A DNA stretch of 64,000 bases from a bacterium (GCA_016125385.1 WGLV01000015.1:2555-66554); one strand, 5' to 3'; numbered from the stretch's first letter, positions 20,337-30,635 are shown. Notes: generated by a model not told the origin, from the letters alone. Numbers and translations are program-made.

Positions 20337-22283
20337 ATGCCGCGATGGTGGATGAAAACAGCCGGCGCGCTGCTGCTGGCGGCCCTTCTTACGCTGTCCG
20401 CGCAGGCCCAGCGCGGGCGCTCGAACCGGCCAACCCCAACTCCGGCCCCCGCCGATCAGCAACCCGTCCCCGACGAAGTCAAAGTCACCCTGACCGAAAC
20501 CGATATTCTCGTGCTGGGCGGCACGCCGGGTGGAATCATGGCGGCGGTCAACGCGGCGCGCGGTGGAAAAAAAGTCGTCCTGCTTGAACGCACAGCACAC
20601 GTCGGCGGCCTGCCCGCCAACGGTCTCGGCGCCACCGACATCGCCACGCGCGGCGCCACCGGCGGCCTCTTTCTCGAATTCGTCGAGCGGGTGCGTCGCT
20701 ATTACGTCGAGACCTACGGCGAAGATTCGCAACAGGTGAAAGATTGCAGCGGCGGCTATCACTTTGAACCGCATGTCGCCGAACAAATATTCGAATCGTT
20801 TCTGAACGAACATCCCGATCGTCTCACCGTGCTGACGCGCCGGCGTTTCGACGCCGATCCGAAAAACGTCACGCTCGCCAGCGGCGCGCTGAACGAGATC
20901 CGCGCCCTCAATCTGGAAACCGGCGGCATGGAGCGCTACCGCGCGCGCGTCTTTATCGACGCGACCTACGAGGGCGACCTCGCGGCGGCGGCGGGCGCGC
21001 CCTACCGGCTGGGCCGCGAGGCGGCGTCCGAGTTCGATGAGCCGATGGCGGGCAAACTGTACAAGGCGTGGGGCGGGGAGGTCGGGCCGGGTTCGACCGG
21101 GCTGGGTGACAACGCCGTGCAGGCGTATAACTTCCGCCTGTGCCTCACCGATGTCAAAGAAAATCAGCTGCCGATTGAAAAACCCGAGCATTACAACCGC
21201 GATGAATACCTGTCGCTGATCGGCGACGTGCGCGACAAGCGCACGGCGGGCAGGCCGGGCGGCGAGATGGCGTTTGACGGCATCGGTAAACTGGTCAACA
21301 TGGTGCGCCTGCCCAATGGAAAAACCGACGCCAACAACCAGCACCTCGCCTTTATCTCGACCGACCTCCCTGAAGAAAACTGGCCCTGGCCCACCGCCAG
21401 CTGGGCGTGGCGCGACGCTTTCGCCCAACGGTTGCGCGACTACACCCTGGGGCTGATCTGGTTCGCGCAGCACGATTCGGGGCTTCCGGCTGATTTCCGC
21501 GAGCGCTGCCTCGAATGGGGCCTCGCCAGAGACGAATATCAGGACAACGGCGGTTTTCCCCGTCAGGCATACGTGCGCGAAGGGCGGCGCATCGAGGGCG
21601 AGTATCTCTTCACCGCGCACGATGCGATCCCGGTGGAAGAGGGCGGGCGTCCGCCGATCCACGCCGACAGCATCACCGCCAGCCATTACAGCCTCGACTC
21701 GCACGCCGTGCTCAAACGCGAACCTGGCCGTGTGCATCTCGACGGCTTTTTCAGTTATCCGGCGAAGCCCTACACTGTGCCTTACGGCGTGATGGTTCCC
21801 AAAAATGTCGATAACCTGCTGACTCCGGTTCCCGCCTCGGCGACGCATATCGGCTTCAGCACCCTGCGCATGGAACCCTGCTGGATGGCGCTGGGCCAGG
21901 CGGCGGGCGCGGCGGCGGTTATGGCCGTCAACGGTGGAATCTCTCCACGCAAGATCGGCGTCGATCTTCTGCAGGAGGCGTTGATCGCACAGGGCGCGGT
22001 GCTGATCTATTTTGAAGACGCCAAACCCGGCGACGATCATTACAAGGCGCTGCAATACTTCGCCCTGCGCGGGTTTTTCCCGATGAATGAATGGAACGCC
22101 GAACTCGGCAAGCCGGTTTCGGGGGTGCGCGCCAACCAGTGGCTTTTGTGGACGAAAGCGCCCCAATCGATTCACTATCTGCCCGGCGTCACCACGCGCG
22201 GCGAGCTGCTGACCGCACTCTATCATTACGTCCAGTTGCTGCCGGAGTACGATCGTGGCAAGATCAGGGGCGATTGGAATTGA
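20337..22283 (+). CDS. Secreted FAD-dependent oxidoreductase (PF12831-like)
   Basis: Signal peptide, VLGGTPGGIMAAVNAAR, FIDATYEGDL, YVREGRRI and LRMEPCWMALGQAAG. Confidence 0.88.
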   Translation: MPRWWMKTAGALLLAALLTLSAQAQRGRSNRPTPTPAPADQQPVPDEVKVTLTETDILVLGGTPGGIMAAVNAARGGKKVVLLERTAHVGGLPANGLGATDIATRGATGGLFLEFVERVRRYYVETYGEDSQQVKDCSGGYHFEPHVAEQIFESFLNEHPDRLTVLTRRRFDADPKNVTLASGALNEIRALNLETGGMERYRARVFIDATYEGDLAAAAGAPYRLGREAASEFDEPMAGKLYKAWGGEVGPGSTGLGDNAVQAYNFRLCLTDVKENQLPIEKPEHYNRDEYLSLIGDVRDKRTAGRPGGEMAFDGIGKLVNMVRLPNGKTDANNQHLAFISTDLPEENWPWPTASWAWRDAFAQRLRDYTLGLIWFAQHDSGLPADFRERCLEWGLARDEYQDNGGFPRQAYVREGRRIEGEYLFTAHDAIPVEEGGRPPIHADSITASHYSLDSHAVLKREPGRVHLDGFFSYPAKPYTVPYGVMVPKNVDNLLTPVPASATHIGFSTLRMEPCWMALGQAAGAAAVMAVNGGISPRKIGVDLLQEALIAQGAVLIYFEDAKPGDDHYKALQYFALRGFFPMNEWNAELGKPVSGVRANQWLLWTKAPQSIHYLPGVTTRGELLTALYHYVQLLPEYDRGKIRGDWN

Positions 22284-22305
22284 ACGGCTCATGGGAGGAT
22301 GAACG

Positions 22306-23895
22306 ATGCGATCTTGTTTTTATGCTTTGATGGGGATGTGTATAGCGCTTTCACCGGTTTTTGCCCAAAACCTGACTGACGATCCGGAGGCGGTTCCTCA
22401 ATATGGCGTTTTCGAAATAACGCTGAACGCCGCGCCCGGCGAGCGCAACCCGTTTTTCGACGTGGAGCTTCAGGTTCGGTTTACCCGGCCTGACCAGACG
22501 GTCGCGGTGACGGACGGTTTCTATGACGGCGGCGAGGCCTTCAAGGCGCGCGCCTATTGTAATCAGACCGGTGAATGGAAATGGCGCACGGTCTCCAACC
22601 TGGACGCGCTGAACGGCCGGAGTGGATCGTTCAAGGTTGCGCGATCGTCTCTCAAGGGAAAACTGAAAAAACATCCCGATGATCCACGCCAGTTCGCTTA
22701 CGATAACGGCGAATGGTTTCTTCACATCGGCGATACCGGTTATCGCTACGTCACCGACACCGAGCCTGAATGGCAAGCCTATATCGATCAGGCGGCTGAA
22801 GCGGGATTCTCCAAGATCCGCACGTGGTTCTGCCGCGGGCGAGGAGACGTTCAGGCGTTGTTCACCGAATCGCGCGATGGAATGGACCTGCCTTACTGGC
22901 GGGAGATCGATCGCCGGATGACCTACGCGCTCAATCATCATCCCGGCGTGATCTTTCAGCTGATTCCCTATGGAGAAGATAGCGAAGAACTGATCCGTTA
23001 CGGCGAAGGAGACCGTGCCTCGATTTTCGCGGCGCGATACGCGCAAGCCCGGTTTTCCGCCTTCCCCAACGTCTACTGGGCGGTCAGCAACGACCGGCTG
23101 ATCGTTCACGGGCGATTCGAACATAACTATGACGCTTCATGGTATACGATCGACCGGATAGGACGCGACATGAAAAACCGCGAGCCGTGGGGAACGCTGA
23201 TCACCAACCATCAACGCCGGCACGATGGCTATTCTTTCGTGGACGAACCGTGGTCAGGCATCATCACGCTTGAAGATCAGGACCAGGTGACCGGGGCGAT
23301 CGTGCTGCAATACTGGCGGATGGGAGACGATCCGGTCGTGCTTGATGAAGATCGCTACGAATTATATATACCTCCCGCGCATCCGATGTATTTCTTCCGG
23401 CGCCTGATGTGGGCGAATCTGCTTTCCGGAGGCTCGGCCACCTATGGCGGTTTGCGAACCTATGAAGCGTATGATGGTAAGGAACGAGGCGTTCGGGGAT
23501 ATTACGATGCGATCAAGGAAGGGACGCTCAAAGGCGGCGCGCGCGATCTGCCCGCGATCCGCAAGTTTTTTACCGATTCAGGCCTGACGCTGGTGGGTAT
23601 GACGCCCTGCGATGAAATGGCGGGTTATGATCCCCAGTCGTTCAAGTGCATTCGAGACGATAAACACATTATCGTTTATGCGGCGAATCCCGATTCGCGA
23701 ACGCCCGAAAAAGCGGATGCGCTGAATGAGCCGGCTGAGATTGAAATTCACCTCACCTGGGGTGAATATAACGTCCACTGGTTCCATCCCGTCACGGGAG
23801 AATGGACCGCCGCTGAAAACGTGATCGGCGGACACGACCGAAAACTGAAAGCGCCTTTTCCTGGAGACGCCGTTCTGATGCTGAGCCGCATATAA
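22306..23895 (+). CDS. Secreted DUF5060/DUF4038 (apiosidase-like) putative glycoside hydrolase
   Basis: Signal peptide, NPFFDVEL...GFYDGG...GEWKW N-domain, FLHIGDT TIM-barrel start, and a C-terminal WFHPVTGEW beta-sandwich. Confidence 0.72.
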   Translation: MRSCFYALMGMCIALSPVFAQNLTDDPEAVPQYGVFEITLNAAPGERNPFFDVELQVRFTRPDQTVAVTDGFYDGGEAFKARAYCNQTGEWKWRTVSNLDALNGRSGSFKVARSSLKGKLKKHPDDPRQFAYDNGEWFLHIGDTGYRYVTDTEPEWQAYIDQAAEAGFSKIRTWFCRGRGDVQALFTESRDGMDLPYWREIDRRMTYALNHHPGVIFQLIPYGEDSEELIRYGEGDRASIFAARYAQARFSAFPNVYWAVSNDRLIVHGRFEHNYDASWYTIDRIGRDMKNREPWGTLITNHQRRHDGYSFVDEPWSGIITLEDQDQVTGAIVLQYWRMGDDPVVLDEDRYELYIPPAHPMYFFRRLMWANLLSGGSATYGGLRTYEAYDGKERGVRGYYDAIKEGTLKGGARDLPAIRKFFTDSGLTLVGMTPCDEMAGYDPQSFKCIRDDKHIIVYAANPDSRTPEKADALNEPAEIEIHLTWGEYNVHWFHPVTGEWTAAENVIGGHDRKLKAPFPGDAVLMLSRI

Positions 23896-23996
23896 CCAGT
23901 TCAGTGATGCGGGGGCGGCGCGATTCGCCGCGCATTCTGCTATACTCCTGTCGTAAACCTGATGAAGATCGCGCATGACGGATCTACCGCAAAGGC

Positions 23997-25367
23997 ATGA
24001 ACGAAGAAGCCCCTACCATATTGATTACGGATCGGGATCAACTGGCCGGCTGGTCGCTGCAGAACGAGCTGATGGCGGCTGGATACCGCGTCAGCACCGC
24101 CGCATCGGGCGGCGAGGTGATTCAGCTCTCGCGTAACAACCCCCCCGGCATGATTGTGTATGACGCCCAGACGCCCGATGTAAACGGGATGGATCTGTTG
24201 AATACGCTCGCTCAAATGAATGTGCAAAGCGCCGTGATTCTCGTCTCGGACCAGGATGACGCGCGCAGCGCGGTCGAAGCGCTGAAAGCCGGCGCCGTCG
24301 ATTATGTTCCGCGGCCGTTCGAAATGGGCGATCTGGTCCAGCGGATCGATAAAGCGATGGCGTCCCGCCGCATCGACGGGGCGGTCTACGGCGTCCATTC
24401 CGAACCGGTGGTTCATCACGGGCTTGATAATGTGGTGGCGGTGGGCCCCGCCATGCAGAAAGTAATCGGCATCGCCACCCAGATCGCCCGTCAAAGCAAC
24501 AGCACCGTTCTGTTGCGTGGCGAAACCGGCGTCGGCAAAGACCTGATGGCGCGCGCCATCCACCGGCTAAGCCCACGGTCCGAACAACCTTTCGTCGAAA
24601 TCAACTGCCCATCGTTCCCCAGCCCTCTCCTTGAAAGCGAATTGTTCGGCCATGAAAAAGGCGCGTACACCGACGCGCGCACGCAGAAAAAGGGGCTGCT
24701 TGAAGTTGCGCATCTCGGCACAGTGTTTCTCAACGAGATCGGCGAGATCGAGCCGAACATTCAGGCCAAATTGCTTCAGTTCCTCGAACAGAAGGTGTTT
24801 CGCCGCATCGGTTCAACGCAGGAGCGCCTGGTTGACGTGCGTGTCATCGCGGCGACCAACCAGCCCTTGGAACGGGCGGTGGAGGAGGGGCGTTTCCGGC
24901 AGGATTTATACTTCCGCCTGAACGTGATTCCCATCGTGGTTCCGCCGTTGCGCGAGCGCAAGGAAGACGTCGTCGCCCTGGTCGATCACTTTCTGCGCAT
25001 CTTCCGTTCCGAATTCTCCAGGCCGGACCTGACCATAGAGCCGGAGGCGCTGCGGCGGCTGAAAGAGTACAACTGGCCGGGCAACGTTCGTGAACTGAAG
25101 AACGTACTTGAGCGGATGGCGTTGTTACAGAAAAATAACGTCATGCTGGAAGAACATCTGCCGGAAGAGATTCTCCACGCGGCCCGGCCGCAAGAAGAAG
25201 AGGCCTCCCCCCTGGTTGAACAGGAGAAGGTGCTGATTCTCAAGACGATGAAGGAATCGGGCTGGAACCAGAGCCTGGCCGCCCGGCGTTTGAAGATTAC
25301 TCGCGACACCCTGCGCTACCGGATGAAGAAGTACAACATCCGCTCCCCCCTTCACACTGCATACTGA
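23997..25367 (+). CDS. Sigma54-dependent response regulator (REC-AAA+-Fis HTH), atypical receiver
   Basis: GETGVGK Walker A, ESELFGHEKGAYTDA, FRQDLYFRLNV, WPGNVREL and the HTH WNQSLAARRLKITRDTLRYRM. Confidence 0.93.
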   Translation: MNEEAPTILITDRDQLAGWSLQNELMAAGYRVSTAASGGEVIQLSRNNPPGMIVYDAQTPDVNGMDLLNTLAQMNVQSAVILVSDQDDARSAVEALKAGAVDYVPRPFEMGDLVQRIDKAMASRRIDGAVYGVHSEPVVHHGLDNVVAVGPAMQKVIGIATQIARQSNSTVLLRGETGVGKDLMARAIHRLSPRSEQPFVEINCPSFPSPLLESELFGHEKGAYTDARTQKKGLLEVAHLGTVFLNEIGEIEPNIQAKLLQFLEQKVFRRIGSTQERLVDVRVIAATNQPLERAVEEGRFRQDLYFRLNVIPIVVPPLRERKEDVVALVDHFLRIFRSEFSRPDLTIEPEALRRLKEYNWPGNVRELKNVLERMALLQKNNVMLEEHLPEEILHAARPQEEEASPLVEQEKVLILKTMKESGWNQSLAARRLKITRDTLRYRMKKYNIRSPLHTAY

Positions 25368-25506
25368 ATTTTGCATGTTCTGAACACTCAACTCGCATAA
25401 ATATGACTATTTTATTACACCAACTCAAGTAATGCTCTTACGCTCATTTTTGCCGCGCAATATCCAAAATCGCCGCATCGTGCGGGTTATATGACTGTTA
25501 TTGGTG

Positions 25507-25548
25507 ACCCAATTGGGTTATTTAATCCATATTGATTAATTTAATCAA
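25507..25548. promoter_or_regulatory. Two palindromes, candidate enhancer (UAS) sites
   Basis: ACCCAATTGGGT (25507-25518) and TTGATTAA-T-TTAATCAA (25532-25548), about 250-290 bp upstream of the sigma54 promoter in AT-rich DNA. Confidence 0.4.
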
Positions 25549-25791
25549 ATTCATAAACCAAGCAAATAAGGCTATTTAATTTATAAATGCATTTGTTTTT
25601 ATAAGCTAGACTGATAGCGGTTTTTTGTATTCAAAACTAAAGTGATTCATAGCTAATCAGGCATAAAGTGGGTATTTTTTTAACTTTCCAAGCAGTGATG
25701 AAATCCATTGAATTGCAAAGTGTTTTATATATATAAGTCTCATCAAAACGACTGATTCACTAAGTTGACTTTTTTGGGTGATTTGAGACGG

Positions 25792-25808
25792 TCGGTACGC
25801 CCTTTGCT
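25792..25808 (+). promoter_or_regulatory. Putative sigma54 (-24/-12) promoter of the decaheme cytochrome gene
   Basis: TCGGTACGCCCTTTGCT: GG at 25794-95 and GC at 25806-07, exact GG-N10-GC spacing, close to the TGGCACG-N4-TTGC consensus. Confidence 0.68.
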
Positions 25809-25864
25809 CTTTTAGGAGAACGTCAGCTTGTTTCATCATCTTATTGCAAGGAGTGTTTGTACCA

Positions 25865-27868
25865 ATGAAGCATTTCAACTGTGTGAAGACCGTCTTGTTG
25901 CTCGCTTTGTTGGCGTTGCCTATCGGGATGGGATGGAGCGCCGATGGCCTCGTCGTCAAAATCGAAAAAGTCACCATTAACACCGATCTGAAGGCCGAAG
26001 TGACCTTCTCCATGACGGATGAAACCGGCGAACCGCTCGGAATCACCGGCGTGACCGAAGGCGGCGACGTTTCCTCGCCCCGTTTCATCCTGAGCTATCT
26101 CGAAGGAACGGATTACCACTGCTACATCACTCGTACGCAGACCGTGCCTGAAGGCTATCCCAACGCGGGCGTGAGCGCCGATCAGGCTACGACCGACAGC
26201 GGTGGAACCTTCGCCGATCTGGGTGGCGGGCGTTATACCTATACGTTCAAAACTGCGGTTCCGGCTGATTACAAAGGCGGATTGACCCATACCGTCAGCG
26301 GCCAGATTTCCCGCCCCGTCGGCGACAATACCTATTATGCGAACCCGGTTCATCATTTCATCCCCAATGGCGGTCAGGTGACCCAGTTGCTGCGCGTTTC
26401 CACTACGGAAACCTGCAACAAGTGCCACACCAGCATGGGCTTCCACGGCGGCAGCCGCAAAGAAATCACCTACTGCCAGACCTGCCACACCGCTGAAAAC
26501 CTTGACCCCGACACCGGCAACAGCGTCGAACTCGGCACGATGATCCATAAGATCCACATGGGCGAACATCTGCCCAGCGTGCAGGCGGGCGTGCCCTACG
26601 AAATCGTCGGCCACAACCAGACCCTGGTTGATTTTTCCGAAATCGCGTTCCCCCAGGCGCCGAATGACTGCACCGTGTGCCATACCGGTGAAGAAGGAAG
26701 CATCTACAAGACCGCTCCCAGCATGAAGGGCTGCGGATCGTGTCACGACGATATTGACTTCGCCAACGGCGTCGGCCATATCAAACAGACCGATAACAGC
26801 ATGTGCGCACTGTGCCACACGCCGGAAGGCTCCGGGTTGTCCATTGTCGACGCGCACGTCGTCCCGGCCAAATCGCCCAAGTTGAAGGGCCTGATCGCTG
26901 AAATCGTCAGCGTCTCCAACACCGCGCCCGGCCAGAACCCGACCATCGTGTACAAATTACATGAAGCCGATGGCACCCCGGTCGCGCCCAGCAGCCTCTC
27001 CAGCAACAACGTGAACTTCGCGGGCCCGACGAAGGAATACACCTCTTATATTCGCGAAGACAGCAAGGGCGCCGTTCAGCAAGGCGACGCCTGGAGCTAC
27101 ACCTTCACCAACCCGATTCCAGCCAACGCGGTTGGAACCTATGCCTTCGCCATTGAAGGCCGCCGCACCGTCACTCTGACCACCATCAGCGGTGAGGTGA
27201 GCGTTACCGAAGGCCTGATGAACCCGATCGCGCTCGCGAAGGTGACCGACGCGCAGCCTGTGGCTCGCCGCGAGATCATCGATCAGAGCAAGTGCAACGG
27301 CTGCCACGGCAGCTTGGGGCTCCACGGCGGTCAGCGTACCAACGTTGAGTTCTGTGTGTTCTGCCACAACCCGAAAGAAAGCGATATCGCGGTACGACCT
27401 GACGGCGTGGGCGGCGGTGTTCCGATTAACTTCTCGTACATGATTCACAAGATTCACCGCGGTTCAGAACTGACCCAGGATTACACGGTGTACGGTTATC
27501 GCAGCTCGGTTCATAACTACAACCACATCGAGTTCCCGGGTATTGAAAACTCCTGCACCATCTGCCATACCTCGAATCCGACGCTGCCGCTTCCCAGCGA
27601 AGTCGCTGCGATTGACTTCACTGACAAAGACGGCAAGCAGGTTCACATTCCGCCGACGACCGCGATCTGCACCTCGTGCCACGACACGCAGGAAGTCGCC
27701 GATCACGCCGCGATGTACAATGCGGGCGGCCAGGAAACCTGCTTTGCTTGCCACGGCCCTGGCGGCTTCAAAGATATCGCGTTGACCCACAAGCTGGACG
27801 TCTTCCTCAACGCGGAAGTCACCTTCGGCGGACAGGGTACCCGCGTCAGCGATTGGCTCATGCAGTAA
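25865..27868 (+). CDS. Decaheme c-type cytochrome, OmcA/MtrC family
   Basis: Ten CxxCH motifs (CNKCH, CQTCH, CTVCH, CGSCH, CALCH, CNGCH, CVFCH, CTICH, CTSCH, CFACH) in two groups of five separated by a beta domain, plus HKIHMG/HKIHRG. AAGGAG RBS and a Sec signal peptide. Confidence 0.93.
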   Translation: MKHFNCVKTVLLLALLALPIGMGWSADGLVVKIEKVTINTDLKAEVTFSMTDETGEPLGITGVTEGGDVSSPRFILSYLEGTDYHCYITRTQTVPEGYPNAGVSADQATTDSGGTFADLGGGRYTYTFKTAVPADYKGGLTHTVSGQISRPVGDNTYYANPVHHFIPNGGQVTQLLRVSTTETCNKCHTSMGFHGGSRKEITYCQTCHTAENLDPDTGNSVELGTMIHKIHMGEHLPSVQAGVPYEIVGHNQTLVDFSEIAFPQAPNDCTVCHTGEEGSIYKTAPSMKGCGSCHDDIDFANGVGHIKQTDNSMCALCHTPEGSGLSIVDAHVVPAKSPKLKGLIAEIVSVSNTAPGQNPTIVYKLHEADGTPVAPSSLSSNNVNFAGPTKEYTSYIREDSKGAVQQGDAWSYTFTNPIPANAVGTYAFAIEGRRTVTLTTISGEVSVTEGLMNPIALAKVTDAQPVARREIIDQSKCNGCHGSLGLHGGQRTNVEFCVFCHNPKESDIAVRPDGVGGGVPINFSYMIHKIHRGSELTQDYTVYGYRSSVHNYNHIEFPGIENSCTICHTSNPTLPLPSEVAAIDFTDKDGKQVHIPPTTAICTSCHDTQEVADHAAMYNAGGQETCFACHGPGGFKDIALTHKLDVFLNAEVTFGGQGTRVSDWLMQ

Positions 27869-27906
27869 TCTTCAGCGCGCTCAAGCGCGTGAAAGATCGA
27901 AGTTCG

Positions 27907-27936
27907 AGGGGAGCGGTTTTTGCCGCTCCCCTTTTT
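27907..27936 (+). terminator. Intrinsic terminator
   Basis: AGGGGAGCGG-TTTTTG-CCGCTCCCCT followed by a T tract. Confidence 0.82.
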
Positions 27937-28344
27937 GTTTGACGCCAAAAATCGTGTTCAACACACTCGCTGATCAACCGCGCCCAAACACCAATGGATA
28001 ATCACCATATTAAAAGTCGACTGGATTTTCATTCATGAATACTAATTGTGTGAAAAATGTCATCTATGAAGTGTGAATTAAAGGGATGAATTTGGTTTTT
28101 TGAAAATGCAGTCAATGCGTGATTATTTCTGCGGTGAACCTGAAGAATATTCTAGTAATAAATGCGTTTTTGAATCACTTGTTCGATTGTATGTTGTATT
28201 TTTTGCAATGTGTTGAATCGAATCTTTTAATATTTGGAAAATAATTGAATTATTTCTGACTGTATGTTTGAATTTTGTTATCAGTATTATAGGGGTGAAC
28301 CGTGTTCGCCCGGCTGCATCATCAATTTTCAGGAGGTTTGTGTT

Positions 28345-30525
28345 ATGTTAAAGAAGTTTGGCTCCGCCATGCTGATATCAGCGTTGGCAGCCGGTTCGGT
28401 TCTGGCTCAGACGGAGAAGATACCCGTCGAGAGTTTCGAGAGCATCGACATCGCGATGACGGGTGGATCGGTTACCGGTTCTCTGGTGGGCGACGTGGCG
28501 TTTGACGACGTCCCCGAGATCGATGGACCGATGGCGCTCTACGTGGAGTATGACGCGACCCCCAGCACTTACTGGTCACAAGCCGCGATCACTCTGCCTG
28601 AACCGCATGACCTGACCGGAATCACGGAATTGCGCTTTTCATTGTATTTTCTTCCGAGCAGCACCACCAACACGAACGGCGAAGTTCCGGTTCGTACCCA
28701 CCTCCCGCCGGATGACGGCTATTCGATGGATTACATCCACCCGGGCGAATGGTACGAAATCACCCTGAAAATCGATCCGTACGTCGCGGAGACGGAGATG
28801 CCAACCTTCGATCTGTTCCGCATGGTTATCAGCGCGGGGCTCGAAGGCAGCGGCGCGTTTTACGTTGACAACATCTACGCGTTGCGCCCCACCAATCCCG
28901 TCGCGCTGGAAGTCGTTCCTCTGTACGGTTTCAACTCCACCAACCCGGGCGCTTCCACGCCTCTGGGCTGGACTCGGGACCAGGCCAGCGTGGATCCTTC
29001 TCTTGGCGCGGATCTGATGACGCCTTCAGAAGGTACGAACTGCATGCTGTTGCCTGTCACGGGCGGTGCGGTTCAGGCGGTTCAGACGCTCCATGCCAAA
29101 GACGATATTGACTGGACGCGAGTCCGGGCGATCTATTTTGACGCCACCGTTACCGATGATTTCTCGACATGGTGCACCGTTCGCCCCTATATCAAATCGT
29201 CTTCCGGCGGTACGACGGTTCCCGAAGAGTTCCGTGGAATCTCCGGCAACAAGGGCTCGTGGAGAACGGTCAGCTACTGGCTCGATCTCGGGCCGCACAT
29301 GAATTCGATCATCGGCGACGGCGACTTCGCGATCGGCATCCGCAACGATAACGGCGGCGAAGCCAATTCTCCCGATGCACAGAATATTCTGATCGATAAC
29401 TTCCGCGTGGGCATGGTTTCTTCCTTCTGCCTGGCGGTTCGTGATTTTGGTCAGAACGCTTCGATTTATGAAGGTTCTTCCGGCTCATATCCGGTGACGG
29501 TCAGTCTGACGATGAAAGGCGACGCCGCGCCGGTTGAAATGGTCGAAATGCTGCCTGAAGGCTGGTCGGCCACCGATATCAGCAACGGCGGCGTTCTGGC
29601 CGATGGAACGATCACCTGGAACCTGGACGTCTCGCCTGACGCGGTTCAGACGCTCAGCTACACCGCGGTATCCCCGGCTTCAATCTCCAAAAAACCCGTC
29701 TGGTCGGGTTCGGTGAACGGTGAAACCGTGTTTGGTTCCGCCGGCCCTGCGTATTTCGACAAGACCGTGACGGATACGCTGGTCGAAGCGCCCCTGCTGT
29801 CAAACACCGTGACTCTCGACGGCGTTATCAGCGCGGGTGAATACGATGGCGCGAATGTGTATACCTTCAACCATGACACTTCGGACGGCAACAAGGCTCC
29901 GGGCGTTCACCTCTCCGGCAAAGAGTACCCCGCCGCCGTTGAAAACATGACGTTCCATGTTTTCCATGACGCGGATTACATCTATGTCGCCGCTGACGTG
30001 GTTGACCCCGACCTCAGCTTCGAGTTCAACGACATCCAGTTCTGGAACGCCGACAGCGCCGAAGTGTATTTCGATGGCAATCTGTCGCGCAGCAACGCGA
30101 TCGAAAGCGAGCGCCATGGTTGCCAGTTGACCGTGGTTGGCGACGGCCGTCTCGCGGCGTCGAACAACAAATATTTCCCCACCATGCTTGACGCGGCCGG
30201 CGGTGGAAAATACATGGAAGACGGGCGCGACGGCGCGGATCAGCCTGTCTACTGGGCGTGTGGCGCCAAAGCCAGCGCCACTGGTTACGTGGTGGAATAC
30301 CGCGTTGCCAAGGCGCAGATCCTGGATCCGGCCAACCGGACTCAGATCGGCTTTGAAGTGATGGTTAACAGCAGTGAAGCGGCCAGCGCGGCCACCCGCA
30401 CGGGTAAGTGGGGCTATCACTGCAGCGACGCCTCCGGCGTTCCGTTCGAAGCGTACAACAACGAAAGCGGTTGGACGCTGATGAACCTGCTGGGCACGTC
30501 GGTAAACGATTGGAGCGTATTCTAG
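28345..30525 (+). CDS. Secreted multi-domain carbohydrate-binding protein (two jelly-roll CBM-like domains, an Ig-like domain, and a CBM9/DOMON-like domain)
   Basis: AGGAGG RBS and signal peptide. Two domains end in FYVDNI and ILIDNF. The last domain has LDGVISAGEY...YIYVAADVVD...DSAEVYFD...IGFEVMVN. Confidence 0.7.
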   Translation: MLKKFGSAMLISALAAGSVLAQTEKIPVESFESIDIAMTGGSVTGSLVGDVAFDDVPEIDGPMALYVEYDATPSTYWSQAAITLPEPHDLTGITELRFSLYFLPSSTTNTNGEVPVRTHLPPDDGYSMDYIHPGEWYEITLKIDPYVAETEMPTFDLFRMVISAGLEGSGAFYVDNIYALRPTNPVALEVVPLYGFNSTNPGASTPLGWTRDQASVDPSLGADLMTPSEGTNCMLLPVTGGAVQAVQTLHAKDDIDWTRVRAIYFDATVTDDFSTWCTVRPYIKSSSGGTTVPEEFRGISGNKGSWRTVSYWLDLGPHMNSIIGDGDFAIGIRNDNGGEANSPDAQNILIDNFRVGMVSSFCLAVRDFGQNASIYEGSSGSYPVTVSLTMKGDAAPVEMVEMLPEGWSATDISNGGVLADGTITWNLDVSPDAVQTLSYTAVSPASISKKPVWSGSVNGETVFGSAGPAYFDKTVTDTLVEAPLLSNTVTLDGVISAGEYDGANVYTFNHDTSDGNKAPGVHLSGKEYPAAVENMTFHVFHDADYIYVAADVVDPDLSFEFNDIQFWNADSAEVYFDGNLSRSNAIESERHGCQLTVVGDGRLAASNNKYFPTMLDAAGGGKYMEDGRDGADQPVYWACGAKASATGYVVEYRVAKAQILDPANRTQIGFEVMVNSSEAASAATRTGKWGYHCSDASGVPFEAYNNESGWTLMNLLGTSVNDWSVF

Positions 30526-30583
30526 GTTCAAACCACGGCGAATCGCCTGCGAAGGTGAATCGCTGAAAATGAACTGGCTCACA

Positions 30584-30616
30584 GAGGGGGAAGCGGGAAA
30601 CCGCTTCTCCCTTTTT
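30584..30616 (+). terminator. Intrinsic terminator
   Basis: GAGGGGGAAGCGG-GAAA-CCGCTTCTCCCTT followed by Ts. Confidence 0.78.
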
Positions 30617-30635
30617 CGTTGTGATAAAAGAAGTG

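Noticed and set aside
20226-22292. 688-aa antisense ORF covering the FAD oxidoreductase
   Set aside because: No motifs. It mirrors the codon bias of the real GC-rich gene, as do many other long shadow ORFs (42-443, 497-1030, 9248-9982, 12953-13912, 25841-26857, 49578-50795).
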